IMG/VR virus record: IMGVR_UViG_3300031841_003798
Location: 1 to 64,000 of that record
Source of the DNA: a virus
Direction: 5' to 3' (one strand)
DNA length: 64,000 nt
In this document: positions 54,468-64,000 of the stretch, in pieces
Layout of the letters: every line of letters starts with the position of its first letter
Position numbering within the stretch: the stretch's first letter is position 1
Made by a program: the position numbers and the translations under genes
The notes under the pieces: generated by a model
Seen by the model: only the letters and a program-made list of their open reading frames with translations
What the model was told of the DNA's origin: nothing
The model's database searches: none

Positions 54468-57400
54468 TTAAGGTAGTCTAGCATCTACATATCCAACACG
54501 GCGGTCCGTAATAATGATGAACAAATCATTGCTAGGTAGATCAATGCCTCCACCACTCGTACCAATCAAGTCAAACGTTAAGTCATACAATTCCACACGC
54601 TCACCAGGTGCCATTGTCAATCGCAATCCGCTAAGCGATACGTCTGGCTCTGTCTCTAAATCAGTGTAGTTGCTGGTTACAATGTTAGGATTGATAGGAT
54701 CTTCGCCAAACTGAACTGGTTCAAACTGATCGTCGACATAAAGATGGTGTTGAAAGTTTTGGTGCAGCATAAGATAATCCATGACATCTACACAGCCATT
54801 GCCATTAAAGTCATAGTCTTGAATATCATCAATTGCAGGTACATCTGTTTCGCACTCACCGTAATGAGCTAAAAAGTCAATGATATCATCAGATTCTACA
54901 GACCCATCGCCTGTTACGTCACCAATCAAGTTGGTAAACAATACTTCAACACTGACGGGATACTCATAAGCATCTTGCCTAAACCACAGGGTATCATTCT
55001 CTTGTAAATATTTGATACCATAGTTACCGTTAGAGTCAGCAATACGAAAGCCTAATCGTTCGAATGGTGGATCAGGTAAAAGACTCTGAGTGTTTTCTTG
55101 GAATGTAACGGGAATTAATGCCCAGTCACCGTTTTGTGGCTCAGGAATGATACCAAGTAAAGGGTTGTCATTGTGCGGTAACTCTTCTCTTACGTACTGA
55201 GCAGCATAAAAGTTGCTGCTATCTCCGGCTAAAAATGGCCAATTAGTCGAAGAAGCAACAACATCTTCATTAGGTGTAGATGTACCGTTCTCTGCGTCAG
55301 CTTCAAAACCATGTTGGAAGAAAAGGTGAGGTAAGAAGGTAGTGTCATTTAAATAGTCTACACATAGAACAGTTGTAATGCTTGCGCTATCTAATGCGGT
55401 GCGCCCATATAAATTAAAGTCTCCTGAAATAGTATAGGGTGCATTATTCTGAGGGAAGTCAAAATTGTACTCAGCCATGTCAGGGGTCAGTGCCATGTCT
55501 GTAGGTCCTAATGCACTGCTGCCCACATAGACCATTCCTCCAGGCATTAAATATTGGCCGAGCTCAATATAAGAGAAGGGCGTAACAACTGAGTTTTGTA
55601 AGTAGTTCTGTACGATTGGGCTGTTGAACAATTGATCATCTTGCCAGTCAGCTACGAAAGCAGCGAGTAGATCATTTTGTAAGCCAGGGTTGTTTGTAGC
55701 ATACTCTAGTAGCAAGTCGACCCAAAAATCATATTCACTGTTGTAAATCTGATCATTGTAACGATGATATTTTCTAAAAAACGCTTCGCGTACTCCTGTT
55801 ACCTCTGCTGGATTATTTGCAATACTATACGCTCCTGGCTCAGAAGGAGAGTACCAAGCAAATGTTACGTTGTTTACCGAAGGATTGTCATCAAAGTATT
55901 GTTGAACAACAGCATTTAAATTGAGATAGCCTCCAAAAGGATTGCTAATACTAGTATATCGATTTAAACCTGCACCCTCTCCTTCAATAATAAGATCAAC
56001 ATCACCGTCGGGTTGTATTTCTAGTCCTCCAAACACAGACAGAGCATACATTTCTGTAGCATCAATAGTGTTATAGCAATACAATGTGTCATTGTTTTCA
56101 ATACAAGTTTCAAATTCACTTAATGCAAACAAATCGCCTGCTGTATTGTAGTAATAGCCAGCACCACTAGAGTACGGTAGAGATGCAGATACTTGACCGT
56201 CTCCGTTTACCCAAGGAGTTCCAGTATATTCCACAATATGAGGTGCTACTTGAGAGTAAGCAATAAGTTCCCACAAAGTGCTTTGAATATTGTTAATCTC
56301 ACTACTTCCATCCATGCGAAATACTTGTTTGTATTCAGCCTGAATGTTATAGGGATTAGTAGAAGGTTGATAGCTGCTGTGAAAATCAGCAGGAAAATCA
56401 TATGCTAATTCTTCAGGTGGATCGTAAAAAGTTCCACCAGGTGTTAATCCAAAAGGATTAGGATTTGGCCGGTAAGCGCTTCCAAACTGTACAGTGTCGG
56501 CTAAAATGTTACGACCTTCTGGATTCTGGCTGTTGCCATATGTTCTCAAATCGCCAAAAATCGCGTGACTTGCGATATAATATGGATATCCAACTGTGCC
56601 AAAACCGTTTAGCTCAGTATTATAAGGAATCCAAGATAGTGGGGCTGCAGCATCTACAAGCTCTAAATCTGACTGAGTTGCCTCAAGGTCATAATACACT
56701 GCAAAGTTGTAATAAGGTTGAAATGCTCCTGCACTAGGAGAAGTCAAGATTGTTAAATCATCTAAATCTATATCGATAAGCGGTAAAACAACTGTATCAG
56801 CAATAATTACATCAGGATCTTCTGCGACCAACTGATTAACAACATTACCATTCTCTGTAACAAAATATGCTGCAAAAATTCCGCCATTATTAGGCATATC
56901 TTTCAATAAATTTTCAATACTTCCTTGGTATGCTACTCTGCCTGCGTTGTTGTTAAAACCTTTAAAACGATCTTTAAACTTTACATCTCCACTCCATGGA
57001 GAGTAAACTACTCCTTTTAAGGGAAGACCCTTTAAATAGTATCCCGTCAAACTAATTGGAGCATATTGCTCTACGTTAGTCAGATAGCCGTCGACATAGA
57101 TATCTTGTAATAACTGAGGATCATAAGATGCCGTGTATGGATCTAAAGTGTCTTGAAGAGATTGCGGCAGAGATCCAATGATAGAGGAAAATACAGCCGA
57201 CGATACAACGGGGCGACTTAAGTATAGCGTTTCATAATGTATGTCGCCATTTACTGTGCCTAAATTTTCAAAGGTAGCGCACTGATGTAATGCTTTGTCT
57301 ACAAGGAAAGTTAGACTGCCTCCTTCTTCAATATTGATTGTACCTGCATTGTGACATTCTTTAGTAATAAATACAGGTCCTTGAATATTCACTGTAGCAC

Positions 57401-57860
57401 CTTCTACTACCCACAGCTCTTTAAGCAAGAGGGAGTCAATGCAGGAAATATTTAAGTCACTACCAAAACTACCTGCTGGGGTAGTCCATCCAACGTGTAA
57501 GCCTCCAAACTCTGTTGCACCTACGTTGCCAATGCTGAAATCAGCAATAGACTCATTAAATAAGTCTTTACCGCATACAACATATACGTCAGGCTGATCA
57601 CCTAAAGGTGCAATGTCGCCGGGGTATCCATCACCTAGAGGTGTTTGCACATTAGTATAACCTACAAGAGGACCTGCTGTACCTGTAGGAAAAGGGATTG
57701 CTTGATCAGCTACAGGCGGGCATCCAGTTCCGGTGTTGGTCCATGTGAAAACACCACTAAGATTCTGCATAGTGTAGGTCCAGTCGAGCTCACAATATGA
57801 AAGCTGTGCGTTGGCCACTAAGCCAGCGAAGATAAACGTTGTCGCAAGTAAGTTTTTCAT
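54468..57860 (-). CDS. Large secreted acidic protein, dockerin-like module plus T9SS-CTD-like tail (paralogue 1)
   Basis: Signal MKNLLATTFIFAGLVANA-Q; GDVTGDGSVESDD..DFNGNGCVDVMD; ELYDLTFDLI..LFIII tail. Confidence 0.7.
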   Translation of the reverse strand: MKNLLATTFIFAGLVANAQLSYCELDWTYTMQNLSGVFTWTNTGTGCPPVADQAIPFPTGTAGPLVGYTNVQTPLGDGYPGDIAPLGDQPDVYVVCGKDLFNESIADFSIGNVGATEFGGLHVGWTTPAGSFGSDLNISCIDSLLLKELWVVEGATVNIQGPVFITKECHNAGTINIEEGGSLTFLVDKALHQCATFENLGTVNGDIHYETLYLSRPVVSSAVFSSIIGSLPQSLQDTLDPYTASYDPQLLQDIYVDGYLTNVEQYAPISLTGYYLKGLPLKGVVYSPWSGDVKFKDRFKGFNNNAGRVAYQGSIENLLKDMPNNGGIFAAYFVTENGNVVNQLVAEDPDVIIADTVVLPLIDIDLDDLTILTSPSAGAFQPYYNFAVYYDLEATQSDLELVDAAAPLSWIPYNTELNGFGTVGYPYYIASHAIFGDLRTYGNSQNPEGRNILADTVQFGSAYRPNPNPFGLTPGGTFYDPPEELAYDFPADFHSSYQPSTNPYNIQAEYKQVFRMDGSSEINNIQSTLWELIAYSQVAPHIVEYTGTPWVNGDGQVSASLPYSSGAGYYYNTAGDLFALSEFETCIENNDTLYCYNTIDATEMYALSVFGGLEIQPDGDVDLIIEGEGAGLNRYTSISNPFGGYLNLNAVVQQYFDDNPSVNNVTFAWYSPSEPGAYSIANNPAEVTGVREAFFRKYHRYNDQIYNSEYDFWVDLLLEYATNNPGLQNDLLAAFVADWQDDQLFNSPIVQNYLQNSVVTPFSYIELGQYLMPGGMVYVGSSALGPTDMALTPDMAEYNFDFPQNNAPYTISGDFNLYGRTALDSASITTVLCVDYLNDTTFLPHLFFQHGFEADAENGTSTPNEDVVASSTNWPFLAGDSSNFYAAQYVREELPHNDNPLLGIIPEPQNGDWALIPVTFQENTQSLLPDPPFERLGFRIADSNGNYGIKYLQENDTLWFRQDAYEYPVSVEVLFTNLIGDVTGDGSVESDDIIDFLAHYGECETDVPAIDDIQDYDFNGNGCVDVMDYLMLHQNFQHHLYVDDQFEPVQFGEDPINPNIVTSNYTDLETEPDVSLSGLRLTMAPGERVELYDLTFDLIGTSGGGIDLPSNDLFIIITDRRVGYVDARLP

Positions 57861-60800
57861 GGTATTCGAAAATCAATATGTCCTGCAAATCGCGATGTAG
57901 CAATGATATACAGCTGTTGTAAAGGAGCTGTTACTTCATTTCGCTCTTGAGCAATTAAATCTAAGTTGGTGTCGTACAGAAAAATTTCTTCTCCGGGAAT
58001 ACGAATCAATTGATTTGCCCCAATAGTTACACCAGGCTCGTTACGTGCATCTGTTGGATAGATCTGCAGCACCTCGGCATCAGATAGCTGTGCCTCAGCA
58101 ATTGATTGAGGTGAAAAGTTTCCATTAAAATGCAATGAAGTTTGAAAGTAAACGATAACCCATAGGTGATCCATAGCATTTACACATCCGTCTCCATTGA
58201 TATCGTAGTCTTGCAGATTAGGTACAACTGGTACATCTGTATCGCAAGCACCATAGTAATTAAGAAAGGCTGTTAGGTCGTTGACATTTACAATACCATC
58301 ACCGGTAACATCACCTCGCAAGGATGTAAAGAACAACTCTACAGTTACAGGATAAGCATAGTCACGATGCCTAAACCACATTGTATCTCCTTCAAAAACG
58401 TATTTAATAGGCATAATTGTATCGTTAAATACAATTGTATCGCCATTTAAATAGATGACTGTATCAGCAGATTGGTGTACACGAATACCAAGTCGATCAA
58501 AAGGTGCTTGCTGGTTCATCGCCGAAGCTGGGCTTTCTTGGAACTGCAAGGGCGTAATACAAATAGCGCTATCTGGTTTAGGAATAATACCTAATAATGG
58601 ATCAGCATTGTGAGGAGTAGCTTCATATACATAGCTAGCAGGATAAAAACTACTTGAATCACTGCATAAAAATGGATACCCCGTAGTAGTAGCCATATCA
58701 TCCTCTAATGGCTGAATACCGTTTTCGGCCTCTAGATCCCATACATGATGGAACCAAGGACGTGGCCAGTATGAGCTATCGTTTTTAAAATCAATAGCTG
58801 CTACAACTGTAATGTTTGCACTGTCTCCTGCTAGTCGTAAACCATCTAACCATTCATCGCCCGCAACATCATATCCAGGCACATTTTCTGGAAAGTGAAA
58901 ATCATAGACAGCTTCATTTGTGCTCATGTTTAGCTGTGCTTCTTGACCTTGGCTGTTTTTAACCCAAATAGATCCACTTGGAGTTAAATAGCGACCAAGA
59001 GGATAGTAGCTAAAAGGATTAAGTGTATCCTGTGCTAAATAGTTAAGAGCTACCTCGCTATTAATTACGCCATCATCATTGTAATCAGTAATGAATGTGG
59101 TAATTAAATCATTTTGCAATCCTGGATTAGCAACAGCATAGTCTACGACTAATTGAATCCAAAAGTCCAATTCGCTAGCGTATACTTCGTTACCGTACTT
59201 ATGATACTTGCGCCTAAAGTACCGACGCTGGTATGGTCCTACTTGAGTAGCGGTGTACACCTCTTGCTGTGGATGTTCGGCATAATAAAAATCTTGGTTT
59301 CCTCCAAGATTGTACCATGCAAACTCTAAATGGATAGCTTCTGAATTTTCATCAAAGTACCGTTCAGCTACTAAATCCAAATCCAAATAACCATTCGAAG
59401 GGTTTGAAAAGGAAGTCCACATGTTGGCTTGCTCTGCACCTGTAATTGTTTGGACTTCAGAACCAAAGCCGCTACCTTGAATAACAGTAGGCGTAAAGCT
59501 TCCCAGTTGAGTCATGTCATATGACTCTGTATTAGCAAAACAGTACAAGGTATCATTGTTAATTAAACAATCAGTAAAAGCACTGTATTCAAATAAATCA
59601 CCCTCAGTGTTGTAGAAATATGTAATACCAGGTGATGTTGGCATATATAGCTGTACTCCATTATCAATACCATTATCGTAAACTGGTATAACTTGATTTT
59701 CATAAGGAATGCTAGGATAATACTGTCCGTCATTACCAGCTGAACTGTTGAACCACGGATAACCTTCGTATTCCCAAATGACCGGCGTATATCGATGGCC
59801 TGACCGCCCTCTCCATAATCCTATTGGCTGATGTATAGGTGTATTAGCATCTATAGGCATGAATCTAGCGTACTTATTACGTGCCAGTTCAGTGGTCCAG
59901 GAATCCATACGAAATCCAGGCGGGTATAACTCTGCAAAGTTGTAACCGTTCACCGAGTCATTGTATGCTACGGTTGGCAAGGGATCACCCCAAGAAATAT
60001 TCCAAGGGTGTGTACCAATAGTATCTGCGATAATAGAATGGTTAGGATTATTCCAAATTGGGTTGCCCTCGCTACTACCCGTGCGTAAATCAAACCAAGT
60101 TATAGTGGAAGCAGCGCCATTAGGAGAAGTGTAAAATCCATACAGAGGCGTGTTTCCAAACGGAACCCAGGTTAAAGAATCGGCATTAGTCATTAAGGCC
60201 TCATCTTCCTCCCAAACATCTACATCAAAAACAGTTTCGATATTCATGAAAAACCCGTCATTCACTAGAGCTGTATCCGCTAACCAGTTATATGAATCGG
60301 GATCATTGGAATCAAAAAAAGTTGTATCGCCATTTGCGATACCGATCAAAGTAAAGAGTCCAGGAAAACTTGCAGGAGCACTGACCCCTAAATCTTCTTG
60401 GGGTCCTGCGTTGGTAATAAATAACCCTGAGTTGTTACCCCAACCTTTAAACCGTTCTTTTTGAATCATGTCACCATCGTAAGCGTTTAATCGCACGCCT
60501 TGCAATGGAATACCCTCCATGTAATAACCTCCAACACCAATAATAGGTTCATTAGCATTAGATCCTGACGCTTCAAAAATTGCGTAGTTGTCTACATAAT
60601 ACTCTAACCACTCGCTGTATTCAAGGTCCGCAAGAAACGGATCTACAGTATCTAAGAAACTAGATGGAAGATCATCTACAAATACACCAAATGGAGCAAT
60701 AATAGGGCCGTCCATATATAATGATTCGTAAGAAATACGACCATTTACAGTGCCCCTGTTTTCGAATAAAGAGTGCTGGTGCTTTTCTCTATCAACTAAA

Positions 60801-61351
60801 AAGGTCAAGCTGCCACCCTCCATAATGTTGATGGTCCCTGCGTTGTGTGCGTCTTCCGTAATAAATACAGGCCCATAGATATTTACTGTTGCGCCCTCTA
60901 CAACCCAAAGTTCTTTGAGCATAAGAGAGTCGGTACAATAAATATCTAGGTCTTTACCGAACGAACCTGCCGGAGTAATCCAGCCTACGTGCAAACCACC
61001 AAAGGTCTGTGCTCCAATGTTTGTGATATTAAAGTCAGCTACATGTTCGTTGAATTGATCCTTGCCGCAAACAACATACAAGTCTGGTTGATCTCCTAAT
61101 GGACCAATGGTTCCATAACTAGCTTCAATATTCATCCAACCGTATTGAGTAGTTGGACTACCCGTAGGGAATGGAATTACTTGAAATGCATCAGGTTGCG
61201 TTGCTGTACAAGTCGCTGTAGAAAAGGTGTAAACTCCAGACAATATCTGTATTGTAGGCCCATAATCTAGATTACATGCAGGAAACGTAGGTTGCCCATA
61301 GACTGTAGTAGTAACTACCAGCAGTAAAACGCTAAAAAATGTACGAAGCAT
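57857..61351 (-). CDS. Large secreted acidic protein, dockerin-like module plus T9SS-CTD-like tail (paralogue 2)
   Basis: Signal MLRTFFSVLLLVVTTTVYG-Q; GDVTGDGIVNVND..DINGDGCVNAMD; IYPT..FLYDTNLDLI..LYII tail. Confidence 0.7.
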   Translation of the reverse strand: MLRTFFSVLLLVVTTTVYGQPTFPACNLDYGPTIQILSGVYTFSTATCTATQPDAFQVIPFPTGSPTTQYGWMNIEASYGTIGPLGDQPDLYVVCGKDQFNEHVADFNITNIGAQTFGGLHVGWITPAGSFGKDLDIYCTDSLMLKELWVVEGATVNIYGPVFITEDAHNAGTINIMEGGSLTFLVDREKHQHSLFENRGTVNGRISYESLYMDGPIIAPFGVFVDDLPSSFLDTVDPFLADLEYSEWLEYYVDNYAIFEASGSNANEPIIGVGGYYMEGIPLQGVRLNAYDGDMIQKERFKGWGNNSGLFITNAGPQEDLGVSAPASFPGLFTLIGIANGDTTFFDSNDPDSYNWLADTALVNDGFFMNIETVFDVDVWEEDEALMTNADSLTWVPFGNTPLYGFYTSPNGAASTITWFDLRTGSSEGNPIWNNPNHSIIADTIGTHPWNISWGDPLPTVAYNDSVNGYNFAELYPPGFRMDSWTTELARNKYARFMPIDANTPIHQPIGLWRGRSGHRYTPVIWEYEGYPWFNSSAGNDGQYYPSIPYENQVIPVYDNGIDNGVQLYMPTSPGITYFYNTEGDLFEYSAFTDCLINNDTLYCFANTESYDMTQLGSFTPTVIQGSGFGSEVQTITGAEQANMWTSFSNPSNGYLDLDLVAERYFDENSEAIHLEFAWYNLGGNQDFYYAEHPQQEVYTATQVGPYQRRYFRRKYHKYGNEVYASELDFWIQLVVDYAVANPGLQNDLITTFITDYNDDGVINSEVALNYLAQDTLNPFSYYPLGRYLTPSGSIWVKNSQGQEAQLNMSTNEAVYDFHFPENVPGYDVAGDEWLDGLRLAGDSANITVVAAIDFKNDSSYWPRPWFHHVWDLEAENGIQPLEDDMATTTGYPFLCSDSSSFYPASYVYEATPHNADPLLGIIPKPDSAICITPLQFQESPASAMNQQAPFDRLGIRVHQSADTVIYLNGDTIVFNDTIMPIKYVFEGDTMWFRHRDYAYPVTVELFFTSLRGDVTGDGIVNVNDLTAFLNYYGACDTDVPVVPNLQDYDINGDGCVNAMDHLWVIVYFQTSLHFNGNFSPQSIAEAQLSDAEVLQIYPTDARNEPGVTIGANQLIRIPGEEIFLYDTNLDLIAQERNEVTAPLQQLYIIATSRFAGHIDFRIP

Positions 61352-63999
61352 TAGTATCCAGTGAAGAGAGGAACAGTAGTAAATGGATCGTTAGGTTTAT
61401 TAGAACCTAAACACAAGTAGTTAACTGGTGTAGATAATCCAGGCAGATCTAGATAGTAGTCTAAAAACAAGTGGATTTGATATCCTACTGGACTAGCTAA
61501 AGTGTTACCAGTGCCCGATGCTTCAAGCTGTGCGCTTGTTGGAAGGACTGAGGGTAGACGGATGTTATTGTCTGCACTGCTTTGAATCGATCCTCCATGA
61601 ACGATAGTACCATACTCGTCAGTAATAACGTAGTTGCCTCGAATAACACACGTACTGATATATGCTTGTTGCTGAACGCTGAACCCTGGGTAGTCGCGCC
61701 AGTCGTATGCGTTGTGTGTGTTGTCCTTCTTAGTAGCGAAGTATGCGATACGCTCTTGCTCTGGACTCATGTAATCATCGGATCCATACACATCGTCCGG
61801 ATACGATAGTCCAAAGTTGGATAAGAATCCTAGCAGATCTGCTTGACCAATAACTCCATCGTTATTGTAGTCCAAGTACATGTTATTGTCATTGACAGTT
61901 GTACCAAAGAACGACAGTAAGACGAGCATGTCGCTGGTCGTAATGTTACCATCCGTATTGAAATCACCGTAAGTGGGACGGATGTGTAGCTCAATTAAGT
62001 CACCATTAAAATCTTCTGTGCCTCCAACGTTTAATGGTGCAGGGTATGTGTTTGCCGTGTTTGTAACAGGCATTTTAAAATTAGGAGGATCAATACGTTG
62101 TGTATTTTGGCCAGGATTAAAGGCTTTAATGTGCCACCATGCAGGCCAGGACAGTTGTGGATGTTGTCCAATAGGACTGTCGATATAGTATTCTAACACA
62201 CTAGTGCCGTCTAAGTCGAAGTTGAATGCGTCAAAGTCTACAACTAAGTAAAGAGTGTCGCTAGGGTCAGTAACGTTTCGACTATAGGAGCCAAACATCA
62301 GCTCACCAACCTGCCCATCTTCTTGTCGAAGCAGGTACATGGCCGGGTCAGGTGCAATGCTGTATTCAAATGCATCAAGATATCCGAGTGCACCGCCTGA
62401 ATACTCAGGACCAAATGCTAGTGGAAGGTAAGCAAGGGTGATGGTGTCAGTTGCTGTACGTGCATTAAGGCGTAACAGCGTGAACTCATCCATGGCATCC
62501 AATGCAGCCATATCAAACTCGCAGTTGTCTGATCCGTTGCAAGGATAGTTGTTTACTCCTTTGCCTGCTGCGTAATCTAAAATGCTGCGCCTGTTTAAAT
62601 CATATACGTCACTCTTGATGTCGTAAGAGCGAACGATAGGATCATTAGCATAAACTGTGGTATCTGCTGTAACAATGCTTGCCAATCCACCCATATTGGT
62701 GTAACTGTGATCGACTTTGATAGAATTGCTAAACAAGTTTAATGTGCCACCATCGTAGTCACCGATGTTGTAGTGATTGACGTGGTTGAAACCAACTACA
62801 TCCCAAGGTTCAAGAGTATCTCCAATAGCTTCAGAATGAGTCATACCATCGATATTGTACAAGTCGATAGTACGCCACACTTCATTTTCATGATCGTAAA
62901 AATCTAAGTAGTCTGCTACTTTACGAGGGTAAGACAGGCCGGAAAGGGCGTTATAGCTATATCCCGTAACAGGATCCGCTACATACAATCGTTCAGGCAT
63001 AAAAGACACAAGAGGTTTGATGTCGTAGAATGTACGTGCCGAACGTGGACTAAAGTTTTTTACGAGAGTAACAACCTTAGACATGTCTACTTGCGATCCA
63101 TCAAACTGATGAATCATTCCCAATCCAGTAAAATCGATGTTACGGTATGAATCTGTTGTCGTACCTCCTTGCTGGCTGTAAATATCAGATGCGTAGGAAA
63201 TGGTAGTCGGTGTGTTTAGAATAGTTGCAGCGTTTTCAAAGTAAACACTGAGTTCAGCAGGATATTCTGGAGCATTGTTGGTATCAAATGCCTCATCGGT
63301 AATTCCGACTACAGCCTGACTTTTCCATGTACCGGTAACCTCGATTACCATTGAGGCCACAGCATTGTTTGCTCCTTGCACATTGACAATCAACGGATCA
63401 AACATATCGTCAGGTGTAGTAGCTAGAGCATCTTGCTCTGCCTCTGTTGCAGTGGTTACACCTCCTGTTAAAGCTGCAACTTGCGCATTGCCTACAAGAT
63501 CAGATACCGTGTTGTTACCTGAGTCATATACTGGAATGATCCGTACACCGTAGCTCGGATCATATTGATTGTAGAAGATTGCAGGGTTGTAGAAGTCAGC
63601 AGCTGGATTCGCAACAAAGTTGTTGTAGTCACGTACTACCTCACCGCTGTGCAAATTGGTATTTAATGCTGCACTACTACTTAAAGAGTTGTGATAGGAG
63701 TGATCAGCGATATACCCATAACCATCTGTTTCATCAATCTCGCTCCACCATCCAACTTGTACGGTTGGCTTTACCCCTAATACAGCTAAGCTGTCTTGAA
63801 TCTGGCGCACCATATCGTCAAGGTTGATAGATGCTAAACTGGAGTTGACTAAAAATTTAAGTACGTCTCCATCCGCTTCATCAATAGCGGTGTAGTTGTC
63901 AAATGAGACTAGTACCTGTCTGGTAATCTTACCATCAATCTCACCAAAATCATTGTCGATAATTGCTTGACCGGCTGCAGTGTGTTTTAATACAACTTC
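61351..63999 (-). CDS. Large acidic dockerin-bearing protein (paralogue 3; 5' end beyond window)
   Basis: Frame stays open from 63813 to window edge (EVVLKHTAAGQAIIDNDFGEIDGKITRQ...); GDFNTDGNITTSD..DYNNDGVIGQAD. Confidence 0.7.
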   Translation of the reverse strand, partial: EVVLKHTAAGQAIIDNDFGEIDGKITRQVLVSFDNYTAIDEADGDVLKFLVNSSLASINLDDMVRQIQDSLAVLGVKPTVQVGWWSEIDETDGYGYIADHSYHNSLSSSAALNTNLHSGEVVRDYNNFVANPAADFYNPAIFYNQYDPSYGVRIIPVYDSGNNTVSDLVGNAQVAALTGGVTTATEAEQDALATTPDDMFDPLIVNVQGANNAVASMVIEVTGTWKSQAVVGITDEAFDTNNAPEYPAELSVYFENAATILNTPTTISYASDIYSQQGGTTTDSYRNIDFTGLGMIHQFDGSQVDMSKVVTLVKNFSPRSARTFYDIKPLVSFMPERLYVADPVTGYSYNALSGLSYPRKVADYLDFYDHENEVWRTIDLYNIDGMTHSEAIGDTLEPWDVVGFNHVNHYNIGDYDGGTLNLFSNSIKVDHSYTNMGGLASIVTADTTVYANDPIVRSYDIKSDVYDLNRRSILDYAAGKGVNNYPCNGSDNCEFDMAALDAMDEFTLLRLNARTATDTITLAYLPLAFGPEYSGGALGYLDAFEYSIAPDPAMYLLRQEDGQVGELMFGSYSRNVTDPSDTLYLVVDFDAFNFDLDGTSVLEYYIDSPIGQHPQLSWPAWWHIKAFNPGQNTQRIDPPNFKMPVTNTANTYPAPLNVGGTEDFNGDLIELHIRPTYGDFNTDGNITTSDMLVLLSFFGTTVNDNNMYLDYNNDGVIGQADLLGFLSNFGLSYPDDVYGSDDYMSPEQERIAYFATKKDNTHNAYDWRDYPGFSVQQQAYISTCVIRGNYVITDEYGTIVHGGSIQSSADNNIRLPSVLPTSAQLEASGTGNTLASPVGYQIHLFLDYYLDLPGLSTPVNYLCLGSNKPNDPFTTVPLFTGY

Positions 64000-64000
64000 A

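Noticed and set aside
1-64000. Stop-codon reassignment as in some gut crAss phages
   Set aside because: Genes are full length in the standard code, and TAA, TGA and TAG all end genes at tight junctions
1-64000. tRNA or other RNA genes
   Set aside because: Intergenic gaps are under about 100 nt and are explained by terminators or promoters; no cloverleaf recognised by eye

Overview
A 64-kb slice of a crAss-like (Crassvirales-type) phage genome. The host is most likely Bacteroidota, inferred from the lack of Shine-Dalgarno motifs, A/T-rich translation starts, TAATG/ATGA gene overlaps and Gln-terminated signal peptides. The standard genetic code gives full-length ORFs. The + strand (1-42252) is the virion module: 3' part of the major capsid protein, five tiny ultra-basic ORFs, conserved crAss structural genes, fibre genes, a holin/lipoprotein lysis block, ring and muzzle genes, cargo/ejection proteins and a 4642-aa virion RNA polymerase polyprotein (DFDVD motif, two HExxH zincin domains). 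The - strand (42253-64000) is the replication/early module: DUF3310, PD-(D/E)xK nuclease, DnaA-domain-IV protein, rIIB/rIIA, NinB-like, RusA-like, primase, SSB-like, AAA, DnaB and an SF2 helicase. The most unusual element is a >9.5-kb tandem array of at least three large acidic paralogues directly upstream of the replication genes. The two complete ones have Sec signal peptides, and all three have a dockerin-like Ca-binding module and a type IX secretion (T9SS) CTD-like tail, suggesting phage-encoded proteins displayed on the infected cell. Family assignments are from motif recognition only; no searches were run.
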